This document shows positions 52,275-64,000 of a stretch of DNA of 64,000 nucleotides, piece by piece. A program made the position numbers and the translations under genes. The notes under the pieces were generated by a model. That model was not told where the DNA came from and searched no databases. It saw only the letters and a list, made by a program, of their open reading frames with translations. How positions within the stretch are numbered: the stretch's first letter is position 1; every line of letters starts with the position of its first letter. Location: positions 60,946,001-61,010,000 of the forward strand of contig OX597816.1 in NCBI GenBank assembly GCA_951406725.2. Direction: 5' to 3'. Origin of the DNA: Octopus vulgaris (lineage: Eukaryota).

Positions 52275-52718
52275 GGCTGTGTGGTAAGTAGCTTGCTTAC
52301 CAACCACATGGTTCCAGGTTCAGTCCCACTGCGTGGCACCTTGGGCAAGTGTCTTCTACAATAGCCTCGGGCCGACCAAAGCCTTGTGAGTGGATTTGAT
52401 AGACGGAAACTGAAAGAAGCCCGTCGTATATATGTGTATATATATATATGTGTGTGTGTGTGTGTGGGTGTTTCTGTGTTTGTATTTGTCCCCCCACCCA
52501 CCCAACATCGCTTGACAACCGATACTGGTGTGTTTACGTCTCCGTAACTTAGCGGTTCGGCAAAAGAGCCCGATAGAATAAGTACTAGGCTTGCAAAGAA
52601 TAAGTTCTGGGGTAGATTTGCTCGACTAAAGGCGGTGTTCCAGCATGGCCACAGTCAAATGACTGAAACAATTAAAAGAGTAGAAGAGAGTAAAAGAGTA
52701 AAAGAGAGTAAAAGAGAG
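52275..52718 (+). mobile_element. SINE-A
   Basis: Consensus; expanded (gtaaaaga)n tail. Confidence 0.95.
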
Positions 52719-52795
52719 AGATATTTCCATAAATGCAAGAAAGCCAGGCTACTGCACTTGTAGAGTTAAATAATGTCTCGACTTGTACGTGTATA

Positions 52796-53660
52796 CAAGG
52801 TGGTATCAAAACATTCCAGGACTAGTTATGTTTAATAAAAAAAAAATAACTTATTTACATAAGTTTTAACGTAAACCTCCTTCGAAATAGTCACCTTGCG
52901 CATCAATACACCAATCTAAGCGTTCCTCCCACTTTTGGAATCCAGCCTAGAAGTTGTTTTCTGTGAGTCGAGGACCTTCTGCGATTCGCTCTTGATCTCA
53001 ACAACGTTGTTAAAACGGCGGCCTTTGAGTTACATTTTCATCTTGGGGAACAGACGGAAGTCCGCAAGTGCCAAATCTGGCGAATATGGCGGATGCGGAA
53101 GAGATGCTATCTTATCTTTGGATACCATGTTATTTTGGAAACTCAGGTGTGAGGAGAGCTCGGTAACAGAGTGCATTGTGGTCGTGAAGAAACCATCTCT
53201 TCGCACTCCGCAGGTCCACCGATTTCGCCGAACGTTCTCCCCCAAGCGCTTCAAAATATCGCAGTAGAACTCTCGACTGACGGTCTGGTTCTAGGGGAAG
53301 AACTCTCGATGCGCAATATCACATTTTCGGGGGTGACGGCCGGCCCTCCATATTTATCATCATCTTCCAGGAACATTCTTCTGCTTTTGAAGCGCCTGTG
53401 CCACTCGAAACATTGTGTACAACCCATTGCTTCGTCGCCGTAAGCTTGCTGAAGCATGCTCAATGTCTCTGTAGTAGACTTCCCAAGTTTAACGCAAAAT
53501 TTCACTCTGGTTCTTTGTTCCTATCCATGGCAAAATTGCAGACTACAGCATACACCTGATCACAAAAACACAAATTTCACCACTTGCAAGGTAAACACAG
53601 TGATCACTCGGTACACTGCTTGAAAACATCACACGAAGGTTGTAACACGATGGAAGAGGT
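52796..53660 (-). mobile_element. Decayed mariner transposon (transposase pseudogene, internal deletion)
   Basis: KFCVKLGKSTTETLSMLQQAYGDEAM..CFEWHRRFKS (HTH), HPPYSPDLALADF.LFPKMK, C-terminal GDYFEG; TIR-like caaggtggtatcaaaacattcc after TA. Confidence 0.9.
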
Positions 53661-54049
53661 ATATGTATGTGTGTATGTATGTGTGTATGTATGCACGTGT
53701 GTATGTATGTATGTATGTATGTATGTACGTGTGTATGTATGTATGTATGTATGTATGTATGTATGTATGTATGTATGTATGTATGTACACACACATACGT
53801 ACAGCTAGCTTTTCTTCGGCTTACACTGAAGATTATTTCTGCGTGTCACCTTACAAATCGAAATCGTGAAAGTAGAACGTGAAACATTTTTATTCCGATA
53901 CCCAGTAGCGAAGAACCTTATTCATGTTTGACAGTGCCGGAACGTGGTAAGAATGAATGCATACACATTTGTGTGTGCGCGCGCGCGTGTACGTGCGTAT
54001 GTGTGTGCGTGCATGTGTGTGTGTGTGTGTGCTCTCTCGCGCGCGCATA

Positions 54050-55270
54050 CATACGTCATCGTCAAGATCCCTCAAATGATGTAGTCAGTCGCTGGAGTGT
54101 CGCCCTACACGCTCTTGCAGTCTACCATCGCTATTGGTCTCTGTTCTCTGTCATGCGTAGCTGAGTCACGGTGACCTGTCCAGTCCTTGATACTGTCAGA
54201 TTAGGATTCTCTCTTCCTGTCTCTCTTCCTGTCTCTCTTTTGCCCTTTTTTTTATCTATGTCCCGAAGAATGGTTTTGGACAGGGAGTCTTGACGAGACT
54301 CGTGGCCGTACAAGGTAAGCTCTCGTCCTTTTAATTGCGCAAATAGTGGTCTCGCTCTGCCAGCATATTTGTGGATGTGCTGCCTGACAAAGTTGCTTGT
54401 TTTGTACTGTGTACCGGATGTGTGGCTGCTTTCAGAAGTAATTGAGCTAAAATGCCCGGACTCTTCGTTCCAAATCAAGAGCTGCAAGAGTCCAGCTCTC
54501 ACACTCATACAGAAGAATCGAAGTCACCAGGGTCTTGTTCACTTTGAGTCTTGTTGGAAAACTAATTAAGCTGCTTTTCATACGGTGTCCAGCCTCATCA
54601 TGGCAGCAGAAGCCAAACTGGGTCTTGGTGGGCTCTTTTTGAGATCTGCCGACCTTGATCAAAATGGATGTGTCCATTTGAAGGTGTCCATTTCATCAAG
54701 ACTCTCTCCATTCATTTTGACGTTGGTTGCTGTGTTCTGATTGTTACAGTTAACCAGGATCTTATTCTTTCTGGACTGATCTCTATCCCGTATCCCGTAT
54801 GCTCCTGATACTTTCTCCAGTTTGGTGGTGAGCTTCCTAACAGATCAATATTATCAGCAAAGCGTAGGTTAGAAATGAACCGTCCTCCAATGGAAATTTA
54901 GGGGTGGAAATCTTGAAGAGTCTCCTGCATTATATTCTCCGGGACGATGTTGAAAAGCACTGGAAAGAGGAAACATCCTTGCCGAACAAACACTTATCCT
55001 GAAGAATTCTGCAATGTTGTTCAGGAGAACTGTCCTTTTTGAGTTTTCATACAATGCTTGGAGTTATTCGATGAGGTTGTTGCCGAAGTATTAATTCTTC
55101 ATCACATACCACTACCCATCGTACCAAACAATGTCAAAGGCCTTTTTTAAGTCGCCGAGATTTGACTGGTGCTGCAGATGTTTCTCAGTGAGCAGTCTGA
55201 TGTTAAGTTCTTGCTCCACAGTATTTCTTTGAGCTTGAATCCTGCCTGTTCTTCTGCCTGACCCTTAAGT
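54050..55270 (-). mobile_element. RTE/BovB-clade LINE RT and C-terminal remnant
   Basis: DLKKAFD.VW, NLRFADNIDL, LVTSILLYECESWTL, YGHESRQDSLSKTIL; frameshifted. Confidence 0.88.
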
Positions 55271-55633
55271 CAATTTGTCAATTTAGTAGAACTCTTAATA
55301 CTTTATGCCTGTCTTTTGCTAGCCTCAAATCATTTGTGAATGCATGGAAAACGAACCTCCACCAACTATTCTGCCAACTATGTCTGTGCACACCTTTTAA
55401 TGCAGTGCATGCCAGAAGGTTTGCAAATCCAACAGAGGCCTCAAAAGACATTTTAAGATCCACAAAGAGCAGAACTTATCTGCTGGTCTTGGTGGTCCAA
55501 AACATAGGTGCAATCTATGTGGGTGTCTTTTCAGAACATAGTATGGTTTAAAAAGTCACATCAGACACCATGATGGTGCTAAGATGTAGTTACAGGAGGT
55601 GGTCAAACTCTGTATAAGGAGTAGACAACCACC

Positions 55634-55714
<81 letters not shown>

Positions 55715-55768
55715 TACAGACAGACAGAGAGAGACAGACAGGTAGACAGACAGACAGACAGATACATA

Positions 55769-56396
55769 CAGTGCGTCCATGCTGCCAACAAAGCACGCGG
55801 AGTTCTGTTTTTGATTCGACGGTCATTCGGAATGCTCACAGCAGCCATATTCCTACCGCTCTGAGACCCATATTGGAGTACGGGATTCAAGCCTCTTCTC
55901 CTTATCTCCTCAAAGATATACATCATCTTGAAAGAGTCCAGAAGCTGGCTACCCGCATGGTTCTTGGTCTCAAGTATTTGTCTTATGAAGAAAGGCTGAA
56001 GACGCTCGACCTTTATTCTCTAGAAAAACGACGACGCCGTGGTGATCTCATTCTTGCTCACAACATCATAAGCGGAAAGTGTAACCTCTCGAAAGAGCTG
56101 TTCTTCACTCCTGCACCAGAGCGTCGGCTGCGGGGTCCCTCCGAAAAGCTCTATCTGCGACGATTTCATCTCAATCGAAGGAGAGGAGCTTTCTCTGTCC
56201 GAGTTGCGGATCCGTGGAATAAGCTGCCGGACGAGATAGTGAAGATGTCGACAACCGCTCGGTTCAAAGTCTTTCTTGACCAGAAATGGCCTGAACTCTT
56301 TGCATGAACATCCTCCCTGTACATAACTCCATGTCCCCCTACATGGTCTTGTTTTTTGCTTTTTGAGCCAAAAAATTAACTTAACTTAACTTAACA
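55769..56396 (+). mobile_element. 5'-truncated CR1-type LINE 3' end
   Basis: RPILEYGIQA.SPYL.KDI..LERVQK.ATRMV.GL..LSYEERL..L.LYSLEKRR.RGDLI; (AACTT)n tail; inserted in a (CATA)n tract. Confidence 0.9.
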
Positions 56397-56489
56397 TACA
56401 TGCATATATACATACATACATACATACATACATACATACATACAGACAGCTAGATAGAGAGATAGAGAGATACATACATACATACACGC

Positions 56490-56721
56490 GCGCAAATATC
56501 AACGAATGACAGAGTATGCGAGTTACATAATCACTTTCATTAGGTTACAGTTGTTTCTGCAATTAGTAGCAGTGTGCACAGAGCTAAATCTTTGTGCAAC
56601 ATCATATAACACAAGCACTCAGCTCTTGGGTATACTGCTTCTTATAGCAGAAACAGCTGTAAGCTAATGAAGGCAATTACATAACTCTTGTTCTTTTATC
56701 ATTCATTAATTGATATTGCGC
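56490..56721. mobile_element. Imperfect foldback / MITE-like element
   Basis: gagttacataatcactttcattaggttacagttgtttctgc.. is the inverse of ..gcagaaacagctgtaagctaatgaaggcaattacataactc. Confidence 0.7.
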
Positions 56722-56751
56722 TCTGTACCCGTCTAGCCTTTTACTTTAAAT

Positions 56752-57388
56752 CAGTGGTTGGGGGTCCATATAAGATTTTTTTTTTGTTAAAATTTATCTG
56801 CAATATAGTGGTTATACTTCAACAATACACAATTTCTTTTTCAAACAATTCCTAATAATATTTATTTATAAAAATATAATAGGCGCAGGAGTGGCTGTGT
56901 GGTAAATAGCTTGCTTACCAGCCACATGGTTCAGGGTTCAGGGTTCATTCCCACTGCGTGGCACCTTGGGCAAGTGTCTTCTACTATAGCCTCGGGCCGA
57001 CCAAAACCTTGTGGGTGGATTTGGTAGACGTAAACTGAAAGAAGCCCGTCGTATATATGTATATGTATATATATATATGTGTGTGTGTGTGTTTGTGTCT
57101 GTGTTTGTCTCTCCAACATCGCTTGACAACCGATGCTGGTGTGTTTATGTCCCCGTAACTTAGCGGTTCGGCAAAAGAAACCGATAGAATAAGTACTAGG
57201 CTTACAAAGAATAAATCCTGGGGTCGATTTGCTCGACTAAAGGCGGTGCTCCAGCATGGCCGCAGTCAAATGACTGAAACAAGTAAAAGAAAAAGGACCT
57301 TTTTAACATCGAATGACTAGGAAGGTCCATTCACGTAAAACAGGATTTAAAGGGTTCCATAGACTTTTTAAATGGTTGAGAAACATTG
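56752..57388. mobile_element. hAT (Charlie-like) MITE interrupted by SINE-A
   Basis: cagtggtt ... ggttgagaaacattg ends; 8-bp TSD ctttaaat/ctctaaat (one mismatch). Confidence 0.65.
56882..57294 (+). mobile_element. SINE-A
   Basis: Full consensus, CpGs retained. Confidence 0.95.
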
Positions 57389-57849
57389 CTCTAAATCTTA
57401 AGCACGCTGAATACTCACAACTGTTTATTAGTATCGCTATGCTTAAACGAAATCGTGTGTGTGTGTGTACACGTCCGCGCCCGCCCGCTTGAAAAGTTGC
57501 TTGATTTACATATCACAGAAAGGATCGGGGGGAGGAGAGAGTTAATGAAGGAAAAAGGGAGCAAAAGTAGGGAGAGGAAGGGAGGGAGGGAGACAGACTG
57601 ACAGGCAGACAGGATAAAGAGAGAAAGCAGGAGAGTAAGATGAACATATGACTTGCTTGTTTGCCAACGATTATAACCTCTTTTATGTAGCCTTGAGTGT
57701 AACAATGTATCAATGAGTGGAAACTGCGACACGATTTCATTTCCTGATTGAATGACATCTTTCAATGACGTTACTAATCTCCCTGGCAATGCATGAACAC
57801 CACGATGCTCCTGCACCCTCCTCTTTTGAAACAATAAGCATTCTAATCT

Positions 57850-58490
<641 letters not shown>

Positions 58491-59265
58491 GCCTAGGGTT
58501 ATTTTGACATTTTCCTGTTGCCTGTTTTTGTTTTCTTTAAATTCCCTGTCGACGCTTTCCAGTTGTGTCAAATTAAATTATCAATCGATCTAACGTAGAA
58601 GTCACTACATTAGTCAGTCGGGGAATTTGCTGAAAATAGTAGTTAAATTCTATTCAAAGCAGGCCTTATCATTTTGAATCAAGAAGATTACACCGAATCG
58701 TTTACCCAGACTTTGACTGGGTGATGAATCTTCAGGTGTGAATACATGGTGATAGGAGAGTTGATAAATTTTCAGGTGGAAGACACAGACACATCATCAC
58801 GACTACCACCACAACCACCATCATGACCACAACCATTATGATTATATGCACCTTCACTCCACCACCACTGACGCCACCGTCATCACTAACATCACCACCA
58901 CAACCATTTACAATGATACTGCCACCAACTATTACCACCACCAGCAACAACAAAAGGTAACAACTACGTGGTGGTTGGCCCTGTTAGTAATAACAGATCT
59001 CATGCGCATTATACCCTACCGTCTGAAATAAGAACGATATGTTGGGGATGATCACGGTTGGAACATTTTTTATCATATTTTCCAGATTGATCAGAATTTT
59101 CATGAGATGTCATCAAATAGTTTTGAAGAGAGAAATAATCCATGCGCCAAAAGTTAAGCGTATTTATAGACAAACAAAACTCTTCCGCGGGACACGTAAA
59201 GTTTATAAATATTTTCTGTTTTTTAATAAATGAACAACAAAAAGATCAGGAAACGAATCACTTAC

Positions 59266-59880
59266 CAAAAGTTTCTGTTCTTAAATCTTTTTTAATTAGA
59301 CGGTGGTTATTAATATTGTTACTGTTGTTGTTGTTGGTAATGAATTTGTCCGTGCGTCTATTTTTCCCACCACAAATAACAATACGTATTACGTAAACCG
59401 CTCACTCTCTCTCTCTATCTCTGTCTCTCTCTTTCTTTCTTATTTTCTGTTCCTATTCCTCAGTCAATATTTCTTTCCTCTTCTCTACTTCTTTTCCCCT
59501 CCCCTTCTCTCTGTTTCATCTCTCCTTGTTTCACTCTTCCTCCCAATTTCCCTCGTTCTCTCACCCTCTCCCTATATATATATATATATAAATAAGTGTG
59601 TATGTGTGTATGAACTTTTTCTTCTTAGCCCTTCTCCAAGTTAGTATTTTTATTTATTTCTTCTGTGGCGACTCTTTTACTCTCCTCAAACTACTTTGTA
59701 GGCGTAATGTATACATGTGTGCTGTGTATTTTAGCGTGCGTGCGTGTGTGTGTGTGTGTGCATTTATATGTGCATATGTACGTATTACGTAAGTTTACTG
59801 GCTTGCATATACATCAAATCAGTATTTGTGCATTCTACGTATATCTTTGCATCGGAGTGTTAATTATGTAAAACCCTGAT
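59266..59880 (-). promoter_or_regulatory. Candidate first exon / promoter with a D-box cluster
   Basis: Donor TTG|GTAAGT at 59265; TTACGTAA at 59389 and 59785, TTATGTAA at 59864. Confidence 0.3.
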
Positions 59881-59962
59881 ATTATGTATGTATGTATGTT
59901 TACCTATCTAAAAGTACATATATACATCAATGTGTGCGAGAGTATGATGTAGGTGTGTGCCT

Positions 59963-59997
<35 letters not shown>

Positions 59998-60147
59998 TAT
60001 ACAAACACGTACGTACTATGTATGTATGTATGTATGTATACATAGTTTAGCAGTCAACGACTCCTGTTAAACTACAAAAATAAATACTTTATATAACGTA
60101 TTGAGTTCTCTTTTCTCCATACACGCTTCCACATGTGTGTGTGTAAG

Positions 60148-60207
<60 letters not shown>

Positions 60208-60321
60208 TGTGTGTCTGTATGTTTATACACGTTGGAGGAGGGAAGGTAATGTGATGTTATGTGAGCACAAGCACGTGCACAAACAGGTGAACACTGACTT
60301 GCAACTCAAACTTTACCAAAC

Positions 60322-60356
<35 letters not shown>

Positions 60357-60716
60357 ACACACTCACACACACTCTCTCTCTCTCACACACACTCACACAC
60401 ACACACAAACAGTCGCGCGCGCGCGCACACTCATATATTTAAACATTTACACATGTATACAGAGGAACCACTAAAGCGCTCTGTGACACACCCTGATATG
60501 CACACCCTTACACGGAATACACATAAGCTTATATATACACGCCCTGGCAGGAGCAAACATAGACAGTTACAAAGGCAACAGACTGCATATAATATAGACA
60601 CAGGCACACACACACACACACACCTACATACACACACATACACACTACAACCGTTTAGAAAGAAATGTGTGTAATTGTATACGAGGTACCAAGAACTTTT
60701 CCTGTCTTGCTGAAAA

Positions 60717-61250
60717 GTGATGGTGGATGTGGTGGTGGTGGTGGTGGTGGTGGTGGTGATGGTGGTGGTTCTAGCAGTAGTGTGGTGTGTTTGTTTTGGT
60801 GGTGGTGATGATGGTGGTTTTGGTGGTGGTTTTGGTGATGGTGGTGGTGGTGGTGGTGGTGGTGGTGGCGGCGGCGGCGGCGGTGGTGGTGGTGGTGTTG
60901 CTGGTGCTGGTGCTGGTGCTGGTGGTGCTGGTGGTGACGGTGTTGGTACTATTGTTATGGCTGTGGTCATGAGGATGGTTATTATTGTTACGGTGATTAT
61001 GATAAAGATTAGTATGATGATGGTGGTGCCGATAATGATGGTAGTGGTGGTGGTGATGGTGGTGGTGGTTGTCTTTGTTGATGAGCTGGTGGCATTCGTC
61101 GTTCTTGTTTTGTGATGGTGGTTGTTTTTGTTGTAGCGGTTGTGATAGCGGTAGTGACTGTGGTGTTGATGATTGTAGTAGTGGCTGCAGTGGTTGTGAT
61201 GGTAATGGTGCTGGTGCTAGTAAGGGTGGTGGCTGTTGTAATTGTTGCAC
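60717..61250. repeat. Degenerate (GGT)n/(GAT)n trinucleotide tract
   Basis: Direct reading. Confidence 0.9.
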
Positions 61251-61298
61251 TGAAGTTATTAAATAGAGTGGCAGAATTTAGTGTTTATTAAATGGAGG

Positions 61299-61338
<40 letters not shown>

Positions 61339-61486
61339 AAAAGAAAAGGAGAGAAAGCTAAATAGATAGAAAGGGAGGAGAGAATTTGAAAGATAGCCAA
61401 GGGTTGAATAGAATGAATTACAGATGGCCTTATTGGGTAAGGACATAGTCCAAAATGCGAAAGGATGATTAGTAATTCAAATAAAT

Positions 61487-61695
61487 GAGTAGTACTTCAG
61501 ATATGTGAGTAATACTCTAGATATGAGAGTAGTACTCCAGATAGATGAGGGAAAAAACTCCAGGTATATGGGGCGGGGGGTAAACTCCAGATATATAAGT
61601 AGTGCTTTAGATATATGTGGTTCTCTAGATGTATATTTAGTACTCCAGATAAATTAACATTACTTCAGATACATATGACATTATTTCACACATAT
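61487..61695. repeat. Degenerate ~20-bp minisatellite (gagtagtactccagatatat)
   Basis: About nine decaying units. Confidence 0.8.
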
Positions 61696-62559
61696 AAGAA
61701 TTGGCAGAGTTATTAAAGCATCGGATAAAATACGATCCGAGCTGTTTATCCATTGAGATCGATAAATTTGGCACCAGTCACTACGCTGGCTCTTTACGTT
61801 TAGGGTTCAAAGCAGACAACGGCAAGCTGCGATTGGGTAGCAGCATTACTGTGCAATAAGGCCTGGACCTCACACTGCTTCAACCATTTGTGCCATAGAA
61901 ACAAAGGCTTTCAAGTCCAAACATAGTGAGGATCGAACTGACAATCCTTTCTACGTACTAATTAAGCTCACAAACAAAGCGAAAACTTGGAAACATTCTC
62001 GAGACGAGATGATATTGTGAAATATTTTCTCACATAAGAACAAAGCCAGAAATTAAGAGGAAGGAGGAGGAGGTTTGTCGATTAAATCGAATCCAGTACT
62101 TCAATGGTACTTTATTTGACCGATCCCGTAATGATAAAAAAGTAAAGTTGATCTCAACGAGATTCGATCACACAACGTTGTGTGCATATAGACCAAGTAG
62201 CAGGTATGTGTATGGATGGATGTATGAATAGATGGATGGATGGATGTCTGGTGTCGTCCATTTTTAATTACTTGAAATCTTCTTGTTAGGAAGGAGTTGC
62301 TTTCTAACAAAGGTATAAAGCTCGCATCGTTGGAATGCAGATAACAAAAACAATGTCATATTTTGAACTTGAGAAGTGTCTTGAATATTTTTAGTTTCGC
62401 ATATAGGCTTTATTTGTAATGTGAATATTAGCTGTTGATTTCTTTTTCGGAAAACTGTTGCTTCTGTCGGCTTTTACTTACCAAAGCAAGTGCACCAAGT
62501 ATTATTAGTATGAATGTAAAACTGGGTATAGAAATTGAAGGTTTCGAAGCAGTTTCTTT

Positions 62560-62809
62560 CACTCTTTTACTTGTTTCAGTCATTTAACTGTAGCCATGCT
62601 GGAGCACCGCCTTTAAGTCGAGCAATTCGACCCCAGGACTTATTCTTTGGAAGCCTAGTACTTATTCTATCGGTCTGTTTAACCGAACCGCTAAGTTACG
62701 GGGACGTAAACACACCAGCATCAGTTGTCAAGCGACGTGTGTGTGGGGGGGACAAACACACACTCACACACAAATATATACACACACATACGTACACACA
62801 CACACATAC

Positions 62810-62847
<38 letters not shown>

Positions 62848-62990
62848 GTTACATTACTCGGTAGTCAAGATAAAACTAGTTTCAGATGCCGAAGTGGAAA
62901 CCCACAACACCATCTCTTCGTATAGATAAATTTCCTCTATTTACATAATATTGAGGTCTCTTTCTTTCTTTTGTTATCTTACCGTTTTAT

Positions 62991-63036
<46 letters not shown>

Positions 63037-63198
63037 GACGGGCTTCTTTCAGCTTCCGTCTACCAAATCCACTCACAAGGTCTTGGTCGGCCCAAGGCTA
63101 TAGTAGAAGACACTTGTCCAATGTGCCACGCTGTGGGACTGAACCTGAAACCATGTGGTTGGTAAGCAAGCTACTTACCACACAGCCACTTCTACGCC
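62560..63198 (-). mobile_element. SINE-A split by a ~145-bp insert in its (TA)n
   Basis: 3' half 62560-62760, 5' half 63035-63198, insert 62849-62993. Confidence 0.9.
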
Positions 63199-63299
63199 TA
63201 TCCACAGTTATCTTTCTTCTCTTTGACTTTCGAAGCGATATTCACATGAGTAGGGCAGCTGACCTCTATGATAGTATATACTTTTACTTATCTGTACCA

Positions 63300-63945
63300 A
63301 GCAACAATATCCGACGTGTTGGTGATATTTGTACTTGGTAGCAGTTTTGAAAGAAACGTTTCACAGATATTCCCTGTGTTGAGGTTTATATATGTATTCC
63401 AAGCGTTCAATGTATTTATCCCAAGATAGCCATTTTTCGGATGTCATTGTGTATTGTTTTAGCATTGGAAGGTATTACTTTGATAACAATTTTGGGTAGC
63501 TGCTGATTACGAGCGATATCTTCTGCAGAAATGTGATATAGTCGACATATTCGGTTGCATCTGGGGGTCTCCATTGGCTTCTCTGTCGCTTTCGTTTAAT
63601 AGGCATTTTCTAGCAATCTCTTGCTCTTGGATTGCAAATGCAAATCCTTCGAAATATGTGATGTAACGGTCATAAGACGGATGCATTCCATATCGATATT
63701 AGTGCCATCTTCAAGAAACATAACCATATATGAATTTTTGTGGCTATGCTGAACGTGTCACATCCAGGATTTCTTTGAGGTACATTAGTCGAGATGTGTT
63801 AGGGTTATATGTGAGATCGTCAGGAAAGGAATACTTCTTGGAGAGCCAACAAGTGACTCGTAGGGTATAGTTCTTTCTGCTTTTCAGCAGTTGGCTTATG
63901 TATTTATTTTTTTCTACTGTTGTTTTGCAGGTGCTGTATGCAAAA

Positions 63946-63950
<5 letters not shown>
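63300..63950 (-). mobile_element. Possible Penelope-like (GIY-YIG region) remnant
   Basis: Minus-strand TYNPN, CNR.CRL and F.C-like residues; heavily degraded. Confidence 0.35.
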
Positions 63951-63994
<44 letters not shown>

Positions 63995-64000
63995 GGGTAT

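Noticed and set aside
55771-56307. 178-aa host gene
   Set aside because: CR1 LINE C-terminus with a frameshifted 5' part.
60431-61266. Pro/Gly/Thr/Val-rich ORFs
   Set aside because: Trinucleotide repeat open in many frames; no coding evidence.

Overview
AT-rich, microsatellite-dense animal DNA. The repeat complement (tRNA-headed SINEs with CORE-like, Meta-like and V-like blocks; RTE, CR1 and R4 remnants; mariner) fits an Octopus-type cephalopod genome, which is an inference. No intact protein-coding gene is visible. Nearly all listed ORFs are microsatellite or SINE read-through, and the real protein similarities are decayed transposon fragments. The window holds at least five interspersed repeat families (working names A-E), several MITEs, a non-autonomous Helitron and many nested insertions. 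Notable points: (i) SINE-B inserts as TSD-bounded dimers and trimers with a fixed palindromic junction; (ii) the central microsatellite of SINE-A repeatedly hosts other elements; (iii) a 67-bp hairpin-containing array sits within element D; (iv) degenerate Penelope-type hammerhead motifs occur; (v) a CpG-decay boundary near 17.5-19 kb plus co-oriented minus-strand splice and promoter signals suggests the long non-coding 5' region of a gene whose coding part lies beyond the left edge. I cannot support a wholly new system with confidence. Coordinates of old elements are approximate.
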